Assembly (NCBI GenBank): GCA_021776095.1
Contig: JAJFGO010000098.1
Location: forward strand, 23,094-87,093
Length of the DNA: 64,000 bases
Direction of reading: 5' to 3'
Source: Kiloniellaceae bacterium
Lineage (GTDB): Bacteria; Pseudomonadota; Alphaproteobacteria; Kiloniellales; J153
Shown here: piece by piece, positions 55,974 through 64,000 of the stretch
Position numbering within the stretch: the stretch's first letter is position 1
How the letters are laid out: each line of letters starts with the position of its first letter
Notes under the pieces: generated by a model
Seen by the model: only the letters and a program-made list of their open reading frames with translations
Told to the model about the DNA's origin: nothing
Databases searched by the model: none
Program-made: the position numbers and the translations under genes

Positions 55974-56891
55974 GTGACCGACCGGCCTTATCCACGCGAC
56001 ATGACCGGCTACGGCGCCCGGCCGCCGGACCCGCATTGGCCGGGTGGGGCGCGGATCGCCGTCCAGATCGTGCTCAATTACGAGGAAGGCGGCGAGAACT
56101 GCATCTTGCATGGCGATCCCGCGTCGGAGGCTTTTCTGTCCGAGACCGTCGGCGCCCAGCCCGTGCCGGGTGCGCGTAACATGAGCATGGAATCGATCTA
56201 CGAATTCGGCAGCCGGGCCGGCTTCTGGCGCCTCCACCGCCTGCTCGGCGAGCGCGGCATCCCGGTCACGGTGTTCGGCGTCGCCATGGCTTTGGAGCGC
56301 AACCCGGAGGCGGTCGCATCCATGCTGGAGGCCGAGTGGGAGATCGCCAGCCACGGCTATCGTTGGATCGACTACCAATTCATGAGTGAGGCTGAGGAAC
56401 GGCGGCACATCGAAACCGCGATTGAGATACACACCCGGGTCACTGGGGCCCGGCCGTTGGGCTGGTACACCGGGCGGGTCAGCCCGAACACCCGGCGGCT
56501 GGTTCAAGAGACAGGCGGTTTCCTCTACGACGCGGACAGCTACGCCGATGACTTGCCCTATTGGGTAGACGGGGCCAAGGGGCCGCACTTGGTCGTCCCC
56601 TATACATTGGACGCCAATGACATGCGCTTCGCCACCGCCCAGGGCTTCAATTCGGGCGATCAGTTTTTCGCCTATCTGCGCGACAGCTTCGATCAACTTT
56701 ATGCCGAGGGCGCGCGGTGGCCTAAGATGATGTCGATCGGGTTGCACTGCCGCCTGGCCGGCCGGCCGGGACGGGCCGCCGCCCTGGCGCGGTTCCTGGA
56801 TCACGTACAGAACCACGAGCGGGTCTGGCTGTGCCGCCGGATCGATATCGCCCAGCACTGGCACGCCCATCACCCGAGCGCGCCGTCGTGA
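55974..56891 (+). CDS. puuE: PuuE-type allantoinase (polysaccharide deacetylase fold)
   Basis: 305 aa. YPRDMTGYGARPPDPHWPGGARIAVQIVLNYEEGGENCILHGD closely matches my recollection of the PuuE N-terminus. Confidence 0.87.
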   Translation: MTDRPYPRDMTGYGARPPDPHWPGGARIAVQIVLNYEEGGENCILHGDPASEAFLSETVGAQPVPGARNMSMESIYEFGSRAGFWRLHRLLGERGIPVTVFGVAMALERNPEAVASMLEAEWEIASHGYRWIDYQFMSEAEERRHIETAIEIHTRVTGARPLGWYTGRVSPNTRRLVQETGGFLYDADSYADDLPYWVDGAKGPHLVVPYTLDANDMRFATAQGFNSGDQFFAYLRDSFDQLYAEGARWPKMMSIGLHCRLAGRPGRAAALARFLDHVQNHERVWLCRRIDIAQHWHAHHPSAPS

Positions 56892-58165
56892 TGGATAGCG
56901 GCGCCCTTACCTTGGGCCCCAATCTGGGTCCAGAGATCATGTCACAAATCGACCTTCTGGCGGCCTGCAGCGAATCTGCCGAATGCCTGACCCGGTCCTA
57001 TCTGACCGACCAACATGCCCGGGCCAACGACTTGGTATTAGGCTGGATGGGTAAGGCCGGAATGGACTGCGGCGTCGATCCGGTCGGCAACGCGCTTGGC
57101 CGTTATGAGGGCCGGCGCCCGGGCCTGCCGGCCTTGATCCTGGGTTCGCACCTCGACACGGTGCGCGACGCCGGGAAGTACGACGGCATGCTGGGCGTGG
57201 TCACGGCGATTGCCTGCGTCAAGGCACTCAAGGATGCTGGCGAGCGTCTGGATTTTGCCATTGAGGTGGTCGGCTTCGGCGATGAGGAAGGGGTTCGGTT
57301 CCAGTCCACGCTGCTGGGCAGCCGGGCCCTGGCCGGCACCTTCGACATGAGTCTGCTGGATAAGCGCGACGTTGATGGAATGACCATGGCGCAGGCCATG
57401 CGCGACTTCGGCCTCGACCCGGCGCGGGTGCCCCAAGCGGCCAAGCGGCCCGACCAGGTTCTTGCCTATGTCGAGTTGCATATCGAGCAGGGTCCGGTCC
57501 TTGAGGCCGAGAGCTTGCCGCTTGGTGCCGTCACCTCGATCGCCGGGGCGACCCGACTTGAGGTCGCGATTTCCGGGACCAGCGGCCACGCCGGGACCGT
57601 GCCTATGGTGGGCCGCAAGGACGCGCTCGCGGCGGCGGCCGAGGCAGTGATGGCGGTCGAGACCATTTGCTGCGGGGCGGACGAGTTGGTCGGCACGGTC
57701 GGACGGCTCGAGGTTGCGCCCGGCGCGGTCAATGTCATCCCCGGCGAAGCCCGCTTCAGCGTCGACATTCGCGCCGCCGAGGATATGCCTCGGCATCGGG
57801 CGGTTAATGCGGTCATCGGCGAGATTCGGGAGATTTGCGCCCGCCGTGGCCTGACCCTCGAGTTGGAACGGAATCACGAAAGCCCGAGCTGTCCCTGCGC
57901 GCCTTGGTTGATCGAACAAATCGCCCGCGCGATTGCGGCCGAGGGGATTGCGCTTCGCCGTCTGCCGAGCGGCGCCGGGCACGACGCCATGGCGATGGCC
58001 GCCTTGTGTGACGTCGGCATGCTGTTCGTGCGCTGCGCCGGCGGTATCAGCCATAATCCGGCCGAGGCGATTACAATGGAAGACGCGGCCAGCGGCGCGC
58101 GCGCCCTATTGCGCTTTATTCGGGATTTTGAGCCCGAGGCGCGGCGCGCCGTCGCGGCCCTATAG
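56891..58165 (+). CDS. allC: Allantoate amidohydrolase / N-carbamoyl-L-amino-acid hydrolase family M20 enzyme (AllC-like)
   Basis: GSHLDTVRDAGKYDG, VELHIEQGPVLE, GHAGTVPM, SGAGHDAM and ISHNPAE motifs align with E. coli AllC as I recall it. The ATG overlaps the puuE stop. Confidence 0.84.
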   Translation: MDSGALTLGPNLGPEIMSQIDLLAACSESAECLTRSYLTDQHARANDLVLGWMGKAGMDCGVDPVGNALGRYEGRRPGLPALILGSHLDTVRDAGKYDGMLGVVTAIACVKALKDAGERLDFAIEVVGFGDEEGVRFQSTLLGSRALAGTFDMSLLDKRDVDGMTMAQAMRDFGLDPARVPQAAKRPDQVLAYVELHIEQGPVLEAESLPLGAVTSIAGATRLEVAISGTSGHAGTVPMVGRKDALAAAAEAVMAVETICCGADELVGTVGRLEVAPGAVNVIPGEARFSVDIRAAEDMPRHRAVNAVIGEIREICARRGLTLELERNHESPSCPCAPWLIEQIARAIAAEGIALRRLPSGAGHDAMAMAALCDVGMLFVRCAGGISHNPAEAITMEDAASGARALLRFIRDFEPEARRAVAAL

Positions 58166-58171
58166 AATACC

Positions 58172-59479
58172 GTGTCTATGTTGTTGAAAGGGAAACCCCG
58201 CGTGCTCGAGACGTCTTTCACCGCCATAGGCCGCTACCTCGATAGCTGCCGCCGGGATCAGGCTGCCTTCCTGGCCGAGTTGGTTCGCACGCCGTCGGAC
58301 AATCCGCCGGGCGATTGCGTCGTGCACGCCGCCTGCGCCGCCGCTTTGCTCGAAGGACTCGGTTTTGCGGTCGAGCGCCATCCGGTGCCTGAGGCCGACT
58401 GTCGGGCCCACGGCATGATCGGCGCGACCAACTTGATCGTGCGCCGCCGTTTCGGTGCCGGCCCGACCGTGGCGCTCAATGCCCACGGCGACGTGGTCGC
58501 GCCGGGCGAGGGCTGGACCGGCAATCCCTATGGGGCCGAGGTGCGCGACGGCATGATGTACGGGCGCGGCGTGGCCGTGTCCAAGTCCGACTTCGCGACC
58601 TATGCCTATGCCTTGCGGGCGCTGGAGGAATCCGGCGCCCCCCTGTCCGGCACTGTGGAGTTGCATTTCACTTACGATGAAGAGGTCGGCGGCGCGATCG
58701 GCCCCAAACGGATACTCGATAGCGGTCTGAGCAAGCCGGACCTGGCCATTTCGGCCGGGTTTTCCTATGCCGTGGTCAGCGCCCATAACGGCTGTCTGCA
58801 CCTGGAGGTCGAGGTCGGCGGCCGTTCGGCCCATGCCGCGCAACCCGCCACCGGTCACGATGCGCTGGAGGCTGCCACCGGCATTCTTTCCGCGCTTTAT
58901 GCCGAGCGGTCTGGCTATGGCGCGACAACGTCCCGGATCGCGGGCATCGCCTCGCCGACCTTGGTCGTTGGCTTGATCGAGGGCGGAATCAACACCAACG
59001 TGGTGCCTGATCGCACGACCTTCCGCCTGGACCGCCGCTTGATTCCCGAGGAGCAGCCGGCGGAGGTCGAGGACCGTTTGCGCCACGTCATCGCTGCCGC
59101 CGCGGCCGACCATCCGGGCATCAAGGTTGAGGTGCGGCGGATCATGCTGGCCGAGTCCCTGAAACCGCTACCTGGCGTGGAACGCTTACTTGGGCCCTTG
59201 ACCCGGCAGGCGAGCCGGGTGTTCGGCATGCCTGTCGAGGCCACGGGCAGTCCGCTTTATACGGACGGTCGCCACTACGCCGCGGCCGGTGTTCCCACCG
59301 TGCTTTACGGAGCCGGGCCGCGCACAATCTTGGAGGCGAACGCCCACGCCGCCGACGAGCGCCTTGTCTTGGACGATTTGCGGCGGGCGACCGAGACCGT
59401 GGCGGCGGCCCTTGCCGAAATTTTGGCGCCGGGCGAACCTGACGAGCTTCGCAGACACAACGAAACAGGACCGAGATGA
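58172..59479 (+). CDS. ArgE/DapE/ACY1-type M20 metallohydrolase (substrate unknown)
   Basis: 435 aa with LNAHGDVVAPGEGW, GRGVAVSKSD and HFTYDEEVGG metal-ligand motifs. It is clearly a different M20 subfamily from the preceding gene. Confidence 0.85.
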   Translation: MSMLLKGKPRVLETSFTAIGRYLDSCRRDQAAFLAELVRTPSDNPPGDCVVHAACAAALLEGLGFAVERHPVPEADCRAHGMIGATNLIVRRRFGAGPTVALNAHGDVVAPGEGWTGNPYGAEVRDGMMYGRGVAVSKSDFATYAYALRALEESGAPLSGTVELHFTYDEEVGGAIGPKRILDSGLSKPDLAISAGFSYAVVSAHNGCLHLEVEVGGRSAHAAQPATGHDALEAATGILSALYAERSGYGATTSRIAGIASPTLVVGLIEGGINTNVVPDRTTFRLDRRLIPEEQPAEVEDRLRHVIAAAAADHPGIKVEVRRIMLAESLKPLPGVERLLGPLTRQASRVFGMPVEATGSPLYTDGRHYAAAGVPTVLYGAGPRTILEANAHAADERLVLDDLRRATETVAAALAEILAPGEPDELRRHNETGPR

Positions 59480-60732
59480 GCAGCCAGAAGCCGTCGCCCG
59501 GAGGCCTATTCGAAGATCTCGACCCCGCGCCCCGATTACTCATGGGGCCGGGTCCCGTGGACGTCTATCCACGTGTCTTGCGGGCGATGTCGACCCCGAT
59601 GCTGGGGCAGTTCGATCCGCAATTCACCGACTACATGAATCAGGTCATGGCGCTGTACCGCCAGGTCTATCGGACTGAGAACCACTGGACCTTGCTGGTT
59701 AACGGCACCGCGCGGGCCGGGATCGAGGCCTGCATGGTGTCGCTCATTTCTCCGGGCGACCGGGTTCTGGTACCGATCTTCGGGCGCTTCGGCCACCTAC
59801 TGCACGAGATCGCCTCGCGCTGCGGCGCGGAGGTCGTGACTATTGAAGCCGAGTGGGGCCGCGTGTTCGAGAGCGATGCCCTGCGCGATGCCATGCGCCG
59901 TCACCGGCCCAAACTCGTCGCCATGGTGCACGGCGATACCTCGACCACAATGGTCCAGCCCTTGGACGAAATTGGCGCGATCTGCCGCGAGTTCGATGCG
60001 CTGCTCTATGTGGACGCGACCGCGACCCTTGGCGGTATGCCGGTCGAAGTCGACGCCTGGAACCTCGACATAGTTTCATCCGGACTGCAGAAGTGCATGT
60101 CGGGGCCGCCAGGCTCCTCGCCCGTCACCTTCAACGAACGGGCCACCGCCGTGGTCGCGCGCCGCCGGCACGTCGAGGCCGGCATTCGCTCGGAAGGTAT
60201 GCTCGATGCGGCCGGGCCGCGCATCCAATCGAACTACCTCGATTTGCCCATGCTGATGGATTACTGGAGCCCGCAACGCCTGAACCACCACACCGAATCG
60301 ACCTCCATGCTCTATGCGGCGCGCGAATGCGCGCGGGTTGTGCTGGGCGAGGGACTTGAGAAGGGCTTCGTCCGCCATCGGACCGCGAGCAACGCCTTGC
60401 GCGCCGGGCTCGAGGCCATGGGCTTGAGCCTCTATGGCGACCCCGCGCACCGCATGACCAACGTGACCGGGGTTCATATCCCGGATGGTGTCGAGGCCGA
60501 TAAGCTCCGCGGCGAATTGCTCAATGACTTCGGTATCGAAATCGGCACCTCCTTCGGTCCCCTGCACGGCAAGATCTGGCGGATCGGCACCATGGGCTAC
60601 GTCTGCCGCAAGGCGAATATCCTGCGCTGCCTGACCGCCATGGAAGCGGTCTTGCGACGCAACGGATACGCATGCGAAGCGGGCGCGGCGGTCGATTCCG
60701 CCTACGCCGTCTACGATGACGCGACGGCCTGA
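59476..60732 (+). CDS. Class V aminotransferase (AGXT/PucG-like; candidate (S)-ureidoglycine--glyoxylate aminotransferase)
   Basis: 418 aa. Motifs LLMGPGPVDVYPRVLRAM, NGTARAGIEA and DIVSSGLQKC (PLP Lys). ATGA overlap with the upstream stop. Confidence 0.87.
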   Translation: MSSQKPSPGGLFEDLDPAPRLLMGPGPVDVYPRVLRAMSTPMLGQFDPQFTDYMNQVMALYRQVYRTENHWTLLVNGTARAGIEACMVSLISPGDRVLVPIFGRFGHLLHEIASRCGAEVVTIEAEWGRVFESDALRDAMRRHRPKLVAMVHGDTSTTMVQPLDEIGAICREFDALLYVDATATLGGMPVEVDAWNLDIVSSGLQKCMSGPPGSSPVTFNERATAVVARRRHVEAGIRSEGMLDAAGPRIQSNYLDLPMLMDYWSPQRLNHHTESTSMLYAARECARVVLGEGLEKGFVRHRTASNALRAGLEAMGLSLYGDPAHRMTNVTGVHIPDGVEADKLRGELLNDFGIEIGTSFGPLHGKIWRIGTMGYVCRKANILRCLTAMEAVLRRNGYACEAGAAVDSAYAVYDDATA

Positions 60733-60741
60733 GCCTAAGAA

Positions 60742-60936
60742 ATGGATGGATCCACCATGAGCGATGACATCGGTAAAACCCTTCTGAACACGCCTCCGAA
60801 AGTCGTGAACCTCGGGCTCGAGAGCTTCGCGTTGGAGCTTTCCCAGCAAGGCGTGGCGGTTGTCCATGTGGATTGGACGCCGCCGGCCGGCGGCGATCCA
60901 GCGCTCGCCGATCTATTGTCCAAACTGGGCGCCTAG
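60742..60936 (+). CDS. 64-aa ORF resembling the C-terminal tail module of long FdrA proteins
   Basis: GC-rich third positions, and it begins 10 nt after the aminotransferase stop. ...TLLNTPPKVVNLGLESFALELSQQGVAVVHVDWTPPAGGDPALADLLSKL resembles my recollection of the last ~50 aa of E. coli FdrA. Unverified. Confidence 0.5.
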   Translation: MDGSTMSDDIGKTLLNTPPKVVNLGLESFALELSQQGVAVVHVDWTPPAGGDPALADLLSKLGA

Positions 60937-60956
60937 GCACAGGCCCGGCCGCGCCC

Positions 60957-62207
60957 ATGGATCTCATCGAACGCGCCAACAAAGAAGCCGTCCGCCGCAT
61001 GCTGGCGGGCGATCCCGTTCTGGTTGACGTGATCCCTGCCGAACAGGCGATTCCCACCTTGGGGGAGCGCATGATCCTGCATGCAGGACCGCCGATCGAC
61101 TGGGCGCGGATGTGCGGTCCCATGCGCGGCGCGGTAACCGGCGTTGCCTGCTTCGAAGGCTGGACCGCGAATCTGGAAGCGGCGGCGGAGCAAGCTGCCG
61201 CCGGCGCCTTCGCCCTGCATCCCAACCACCATTTCGATGCGGTGGGCCCCATGACCGGCATAACCACGCGCAGCCAGCCGGTGATGGTGGTCGAGAACCG
61301 AGCCTTCGGCAATCGCGCCTACTGCACCATCAACGAAGGCCTAGGAAAGGTCATGCGCTTCGGCGGCAACGACGAGGAGGTCCTCAATCGCCTGCGTTGG
61401 TTGCGTGATGATTTCGGCCCGGCCATGGGGGCGGCCTTGCGCGAGATGGGCGGTATCCCGCTGAAAAGCCTGGTCGCGCGGGGTCTGACCATGGGCGACG
61501 AGATGCACCAGCGCAACGTTGCCTGCTCGGGCCTGACCCTGCGCCACCTCGCCCCCGCCTTGGCGCGTGTTACACAGGATCGCGACGCCTTGGCGCGGGC
61601 CCTGGCCTTTATCGGCGGCAACGATCAGTTCTTCCTCAATATCGCCATGGCCCTGGGCAAGGCGATCATGGATCCGGTGCGCGGCATCGAAGGCTCTAGT
61701 GTCGTTACCGCCATGGCGCGCAATGGAACCGACTTCGGCATCCGGGTCAGCGGGACCGGAGATACCTGGTTCACCGCCCCTGTGGAAATGCCTGAGGGCT
61801 TGTACTTTCCTGGATTCAGCGCCGCGGATGCCAATCCGGACATGGGCGATTCGACCATTGTCGAGACCATTGGATTGGGCGGCTTTGCCATGGGTGCGGC
61901 ACCGGCGGTTGCCGGATTTGTCGGTGCTGGTGCTGCCTCGGAGGCCGGCAATTTTACCCGGACCATGGCCGAGATCACCCTCGGCGAAAATCCGGAGTGG
62001 ACCATCCCGGCCCTTGATTACTTCGGCGTGCCCACCGGCATAGATATCCGTCTGGTGGTCGAAACCGGACTGGCCCCGACCATCAACACCGGCATTGCCC
62101 ACAAGGAACCGGGTATCGGCCAGGTCGGGGCGGGGGTTGTGCGCGCGCCGCTCGCCTGTTTTCGCGAGGCCTTGTTGGCCTTTGCCGAGACCTTGGGGGT
62201 GTTATGA
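60957..62207 (+). CDS. DUF1116 protein (YlbE/AllG-like)
   Basis: 416 aa from MDLIERANKEAV. Blocks ILHAGPPIDW, NRAYCTINEGLGKVMRFGG, GDEMHQRNVA, NPDMGDSTIVET and TGIAHKEPGIGQVGAGVVRAPL match YlbE as I recall it. Confidence 0.85.
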   Translation: MDLIERANKEAVRRMLAGDPVLVDVIPAEQAIPTLGERMILHAGPPIDWARMCGPMRGAVTGVACFEGWTANLEAAAEQAAAGAFALHPNHHFDAVGPMTGITTRSQPVMVVENRAFGNRAYCTINEGLGKVMRFGGNDEEVLNRLRWLRDDFGPAMGAALREMGGIPLKSLVARGLTMGDEMHQRNVACSGLTLRHLAPALARVTQDRDALARALAFIGGNDQFFLNIAMALGKAIMDPVRGIEGSSVVTAMARNGTDFGIRVSGTGDTWFTAPVEMPEGLYFPGFSAADANPDMGDSTIVETIGLGGFAMGAAPAVAGFVGAGAASEAGNFTRTMAEITLGENPEWTIPALDYFGVPTGIDIRLVVETGLAPTINTGIAHKEPGIGQVGAGVVRAPLACFREALLAFAETLGVL

Positions 62208-63733
62208 GCGGCCTGGTGATCAATGAGGTGCGCCGGGGCTTCTATTTGGATTCCGTTGCGCTGATGCGCCTGTCGCGCGGTATCGCGGAGCGGGACGGAG
62301 TCGAGGAGGCGGCCTTGATGATGGGAACCCCGGCCAACAAGCGGATCATGGACGATGCCGGGCTGCTGACGGCAACGGGGCAGGCGGCGGAAGGCGGCGA
62401 CTTGGTGATCGGTATTCGGGCCGACTCCCATGCCCGGGCGAAGGAGGTCCTTCAAGAGGCGCTCAGCGAGTTGGACAAGCCCGCCGGCCATGGTGGGGCG
62501 GCGGTGCAGTGGCGGCCGCGCACGACCCGCGCTGCCCTGAAGCAGGCGCCGGACTCGAACCTGGCGCTTATTTCCGTGCCCGGCGATTTCGCCGCTGCCG
62601 AGGCGCGTAAGGCGCTACGTCGGGGCCTGCATGTGATGATGTTCAGCGACAATGTCAGCCTGGCCGCTGAGGTCGCCTTGAAACAAGAGGCCAAGACCCT
62701 GGGCCGCCTGGTCATGGGGCCGGATTGCGGTACCGCGATTATCAACGGTGTGCCGCTTGCCTTCGCCAACGCGGTGCCACGGGGGTCCGTCGGACTGATC
62801 GGCGCTTCGGGTACCGGTCTGCAGGAAGTTAGCTGCCTGATCGCTCAAGGCGGCGGCGGACTCTCCCATGCGATTGGGGTCGGTGGCCGTGACCTCAAGG
62901 AAGAGGTGGGCGGCATGACCACCTTGATGGCCCTCGACGCACTCGATGCCGATCCGGGCACCAAGCACATCGTTTTGATCTCCAAGCCGCCCGCGGCCGG
63001 GGTCGCGGCGCGCCTTCTCGAACGCATCGGGGCCAGCGGGAAGAGCTTCACGATCTGCTTCATTGGCGCCTCGGACCTGACGCTGCCAGCGAATGCGCGT
63101 TCGGTCGACACCCTCAAGGCGGCGGCCGAAGATGCCCTGGGCGGCGTCGCGCTTGGCGTCGGTTTCGATCCGGTGATGATGGCGGCGCGTGCGCCGGCGG
63201 GACGCGGCGCAGTGTGGGGACTCTTCACCGGCGGCACCTTGTGCGCCGAGGCACAGGTGATCTTTCAGGCGGCAGGTCAAGTCGTGGCGTCGAACGCGCC
63301 GATCCCCGGTGCGAGTCCGCTCGATCCAGGCGGAAGCGGCCACCAATTAATCGACCTTGGCGCCGACGAATTTACGCGCGGCCGGCCCCATCCCATGATC
63401 GATCCGACTGTGCGCGACGACGCCCTGGTAGAGGCACTCGCGTCGTCGCGGGTCGGCGTAATCCTCTTGGACGTCGTCGTCGGTTTTGGCGCGCACGCGG
63501 ACCCGGCCGGTCATCTGGCCCCTGTCCTTACGGCCCATCGGCGCGCTGATGGCCCGGTGGTGATTGCCTCGGTCACCGGGACCGACGCGGACCCGCAGGG
63601 CCGTACCGCGCAGGCCGCCAAGCTGGAAGCGGCCGGGGTTATGGTCGCGCCCACCAATGCCGATGCAGCCACCTTGGCCTTAGCGTGCCTGGGCTGTGTT
63701 CCGGGTCGCGATCCAACCAATAGATCCGCGTGA
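62204..63733 (+). CDS. fdrA: FdrA-family protein (succinyl-CoA-synthetase-alpha-like fold; AllF-like)
   Basis: 509 aa. Blocks FYLDSVALMRLS, MMGTPANK, MMFSDNV, MGPDCGTAIINGVPLAFAN, GASGTGLQE, RPHPMIDP and LLDVVVGFGAHADPA. It lacks the ~50-aa tail present in the 555-aa E. coli protein. Confidence 0.85.
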   Translation: MSGLVINEVRRGFYLDSVALMRLSRGIAERDGVEEAALMMGTPANKRIMDDAGLLTATGQAAEGGDLVIGIRADSHARAKEVLQEALSELDKPAGHGGAAVQWRPRTTRAALKQAPDSNLALISVPGDFAAAEARKALRRGLHVMMFSDNVSLAAEVALKQEAKTLGRLVMGPDCGTAIINGVPLAFANAVPRGSVGLIGASGTGLQEVSCLIAQGGGGLSHAIGVGGRDLKEEVGGMTTLMALDALDADPGTKHIVLISKPPAAGVAARLLERIGASGKSFTICFIGASDLTLPANARSVDTLKAAAEDALGGVALGVGFDPVMMAARAPAGRGAVWGLFTGGTLCAEAQVIFQAAGQVVASNAPIPGASPLDPGGSGHQLIDLGADEFTRGRPHPMIDPTVRDDALVEALASSRVGVILLDVVVGFGAHADPAGHLAPVLTAHRRADGPVVIASVTGTDADPQGRTAQAAKLEAAGVMVAPTNADAATLALACLGCVPGRDPTNRSA

Positions 63734-64000
63734 ACGCGGTCCCCCAAATACCCGGCCGTCTGCTGGTTGCGATCGGCGGCAATGCGACCCATCCCGAGGA
63801 CATCGAGGGCACCTCCCAGGAGCAAAAGACCATCGCCGCCAGAACCGCGCAGGCCCTGCTGCCCCTGGCCATGCTCGACAACGAACTGATCGTCACCCAC
63901 GGCAACGGCCCGGTGGTTGGCAAGATCCTCATGCGTCAGGCCCTGACCCGGGACCGGATCGTGCCCATGCCGCTCGATATATGCGTCGCGCACAGCCAAG
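63730..64000 (+). CDS. arcC: Carbamate kinase (5' part; continues beyond the window)
   Basis: Not in the ORF track because it has no stop. The GTG at 63730 overlaps the fdrA stop (GTGA). Translation is VNAVPQIPGRLLVAIGGNATHPED...LIVTHGNGPVVGKILMRQ, with the GGNA and THGNGP motifs of carbamate kinases. Confidence 0.8.
   Translation, partial: MNAVPQIPGRLLVAIGGNATHPEDIEGTSQEQKTIAARTAQALLPLAMLDNELIVTHGNGPVVGKILMRQALTRDRIVPMPLDICVAHSQ

Noticed and set aside
60873-60956. A frameshift (real or programmed) fusing the 64-aa ORF to the DUF1116 gene, since both frames are open across 60873-60936.
   Set aside because: DUF1116 homology starts only at Met 60957. The upstream part of that frame is Arg-rich nonsense, and the small ORF has its own stop. 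I treat them as two genes, but sequencing error cannot be excluded.
1-64000. CRISPR arrays, IS elements/transposases, prophage, toxin-antitoxin or classical defence-system genes.
   Set aside because: I saw no regularly spaced short repeats, no transposase/integrase/recombinase-like ORFs and no nuclease/helicase/methylase-type genes. The only repeats are the intragenic PAS duplication and the 47-bp EamA fragment.

Overview
This is a 64-kb, high-GC, gene-dense chromosomal segment. It looks alphaproteobacterial, an inference from gene content that I cannot verify here. I can support about 60 protein-coding genes, one tRNA-Pro(GGG), two gene remnants, several operator-like palindromes and a few terminator-like hairpins. 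I saw no rRNA, CRISPR array, transposase, integrase or phage genes.

Layout:
- 1-2.0 kb: tRNA-Pro and a periplasmic-sensing histidine kinase.
- 2.2-10.3 kb: a complete cbb3 oxidase locus, ccoNOQP-ccoGHIS, behind a perfect FNR/FixK box.
- 10.3-16.5 kb: a membrane adenylate cyclase, an EamA transporter, a 5'-truncated DcyD/CuyA-family paralog, and an intact CuyA/DcyD-like gene with a TauE exporter and a LysR regulator.
- 16.6-25.6 kb: one operon with a sugar-type ABC importer, a Gfo/Idh/MocA oxidoreductase, LamB/YcsF (PxpA), BCCP, biotin carboxylase, and KipI/KipA (PxpB/C).
- 25.9-37.6 kb: a visibly lower-GC block. It holds four two-component genes that share one PAS module, transcribed divergently from an operon of a Ddl-like ATP-grasp ligase, an MFS permease carrying a large N-terminal double sensor-like extension, and a PF04392-type binding protein.
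- 37.9-41.8 kb: a CoxMSL-type molybdenum hydroxylase plus a MoaD/ThiS-like GG protein.
- 42.3 kb: cspA.
- 42.6-48.5 kb: a minus-strand operon dctQMP-dpaL-D-carbamoylase-DUF2459, with a divergent RpiR regulator.
- 49.6-64 kb: a GntR regulator and a 14-gene plus-strand operon. It runs Liv-type ABC, allantoin/hydantoin racemase, PuuE, AllC-like M20, a second M20, a PucG-like aminotransferase, a 64-aa ORF, DUF1116, FdrA-like, and carbamate kinase (truncated by the window end).

Best candidates for undescribed biology:
1. The ATP-grasp / sensor-MFS fusion / binding-protein operon wired to the kinase cluster.
2. The split urea-carboxylase-like biotin enzyme embedded in a PxpABC set and coupled to sugar-type uptake.
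3. The hydantoinase-less TRAP-DpaL-D-carbamoylase operon.
4. The oxalurate-to-carbamoyl-phosphate end of the ureide operon, with a relocated FdrA tail module.

All functional calls come from reading motifs by eye. No database search was possible.
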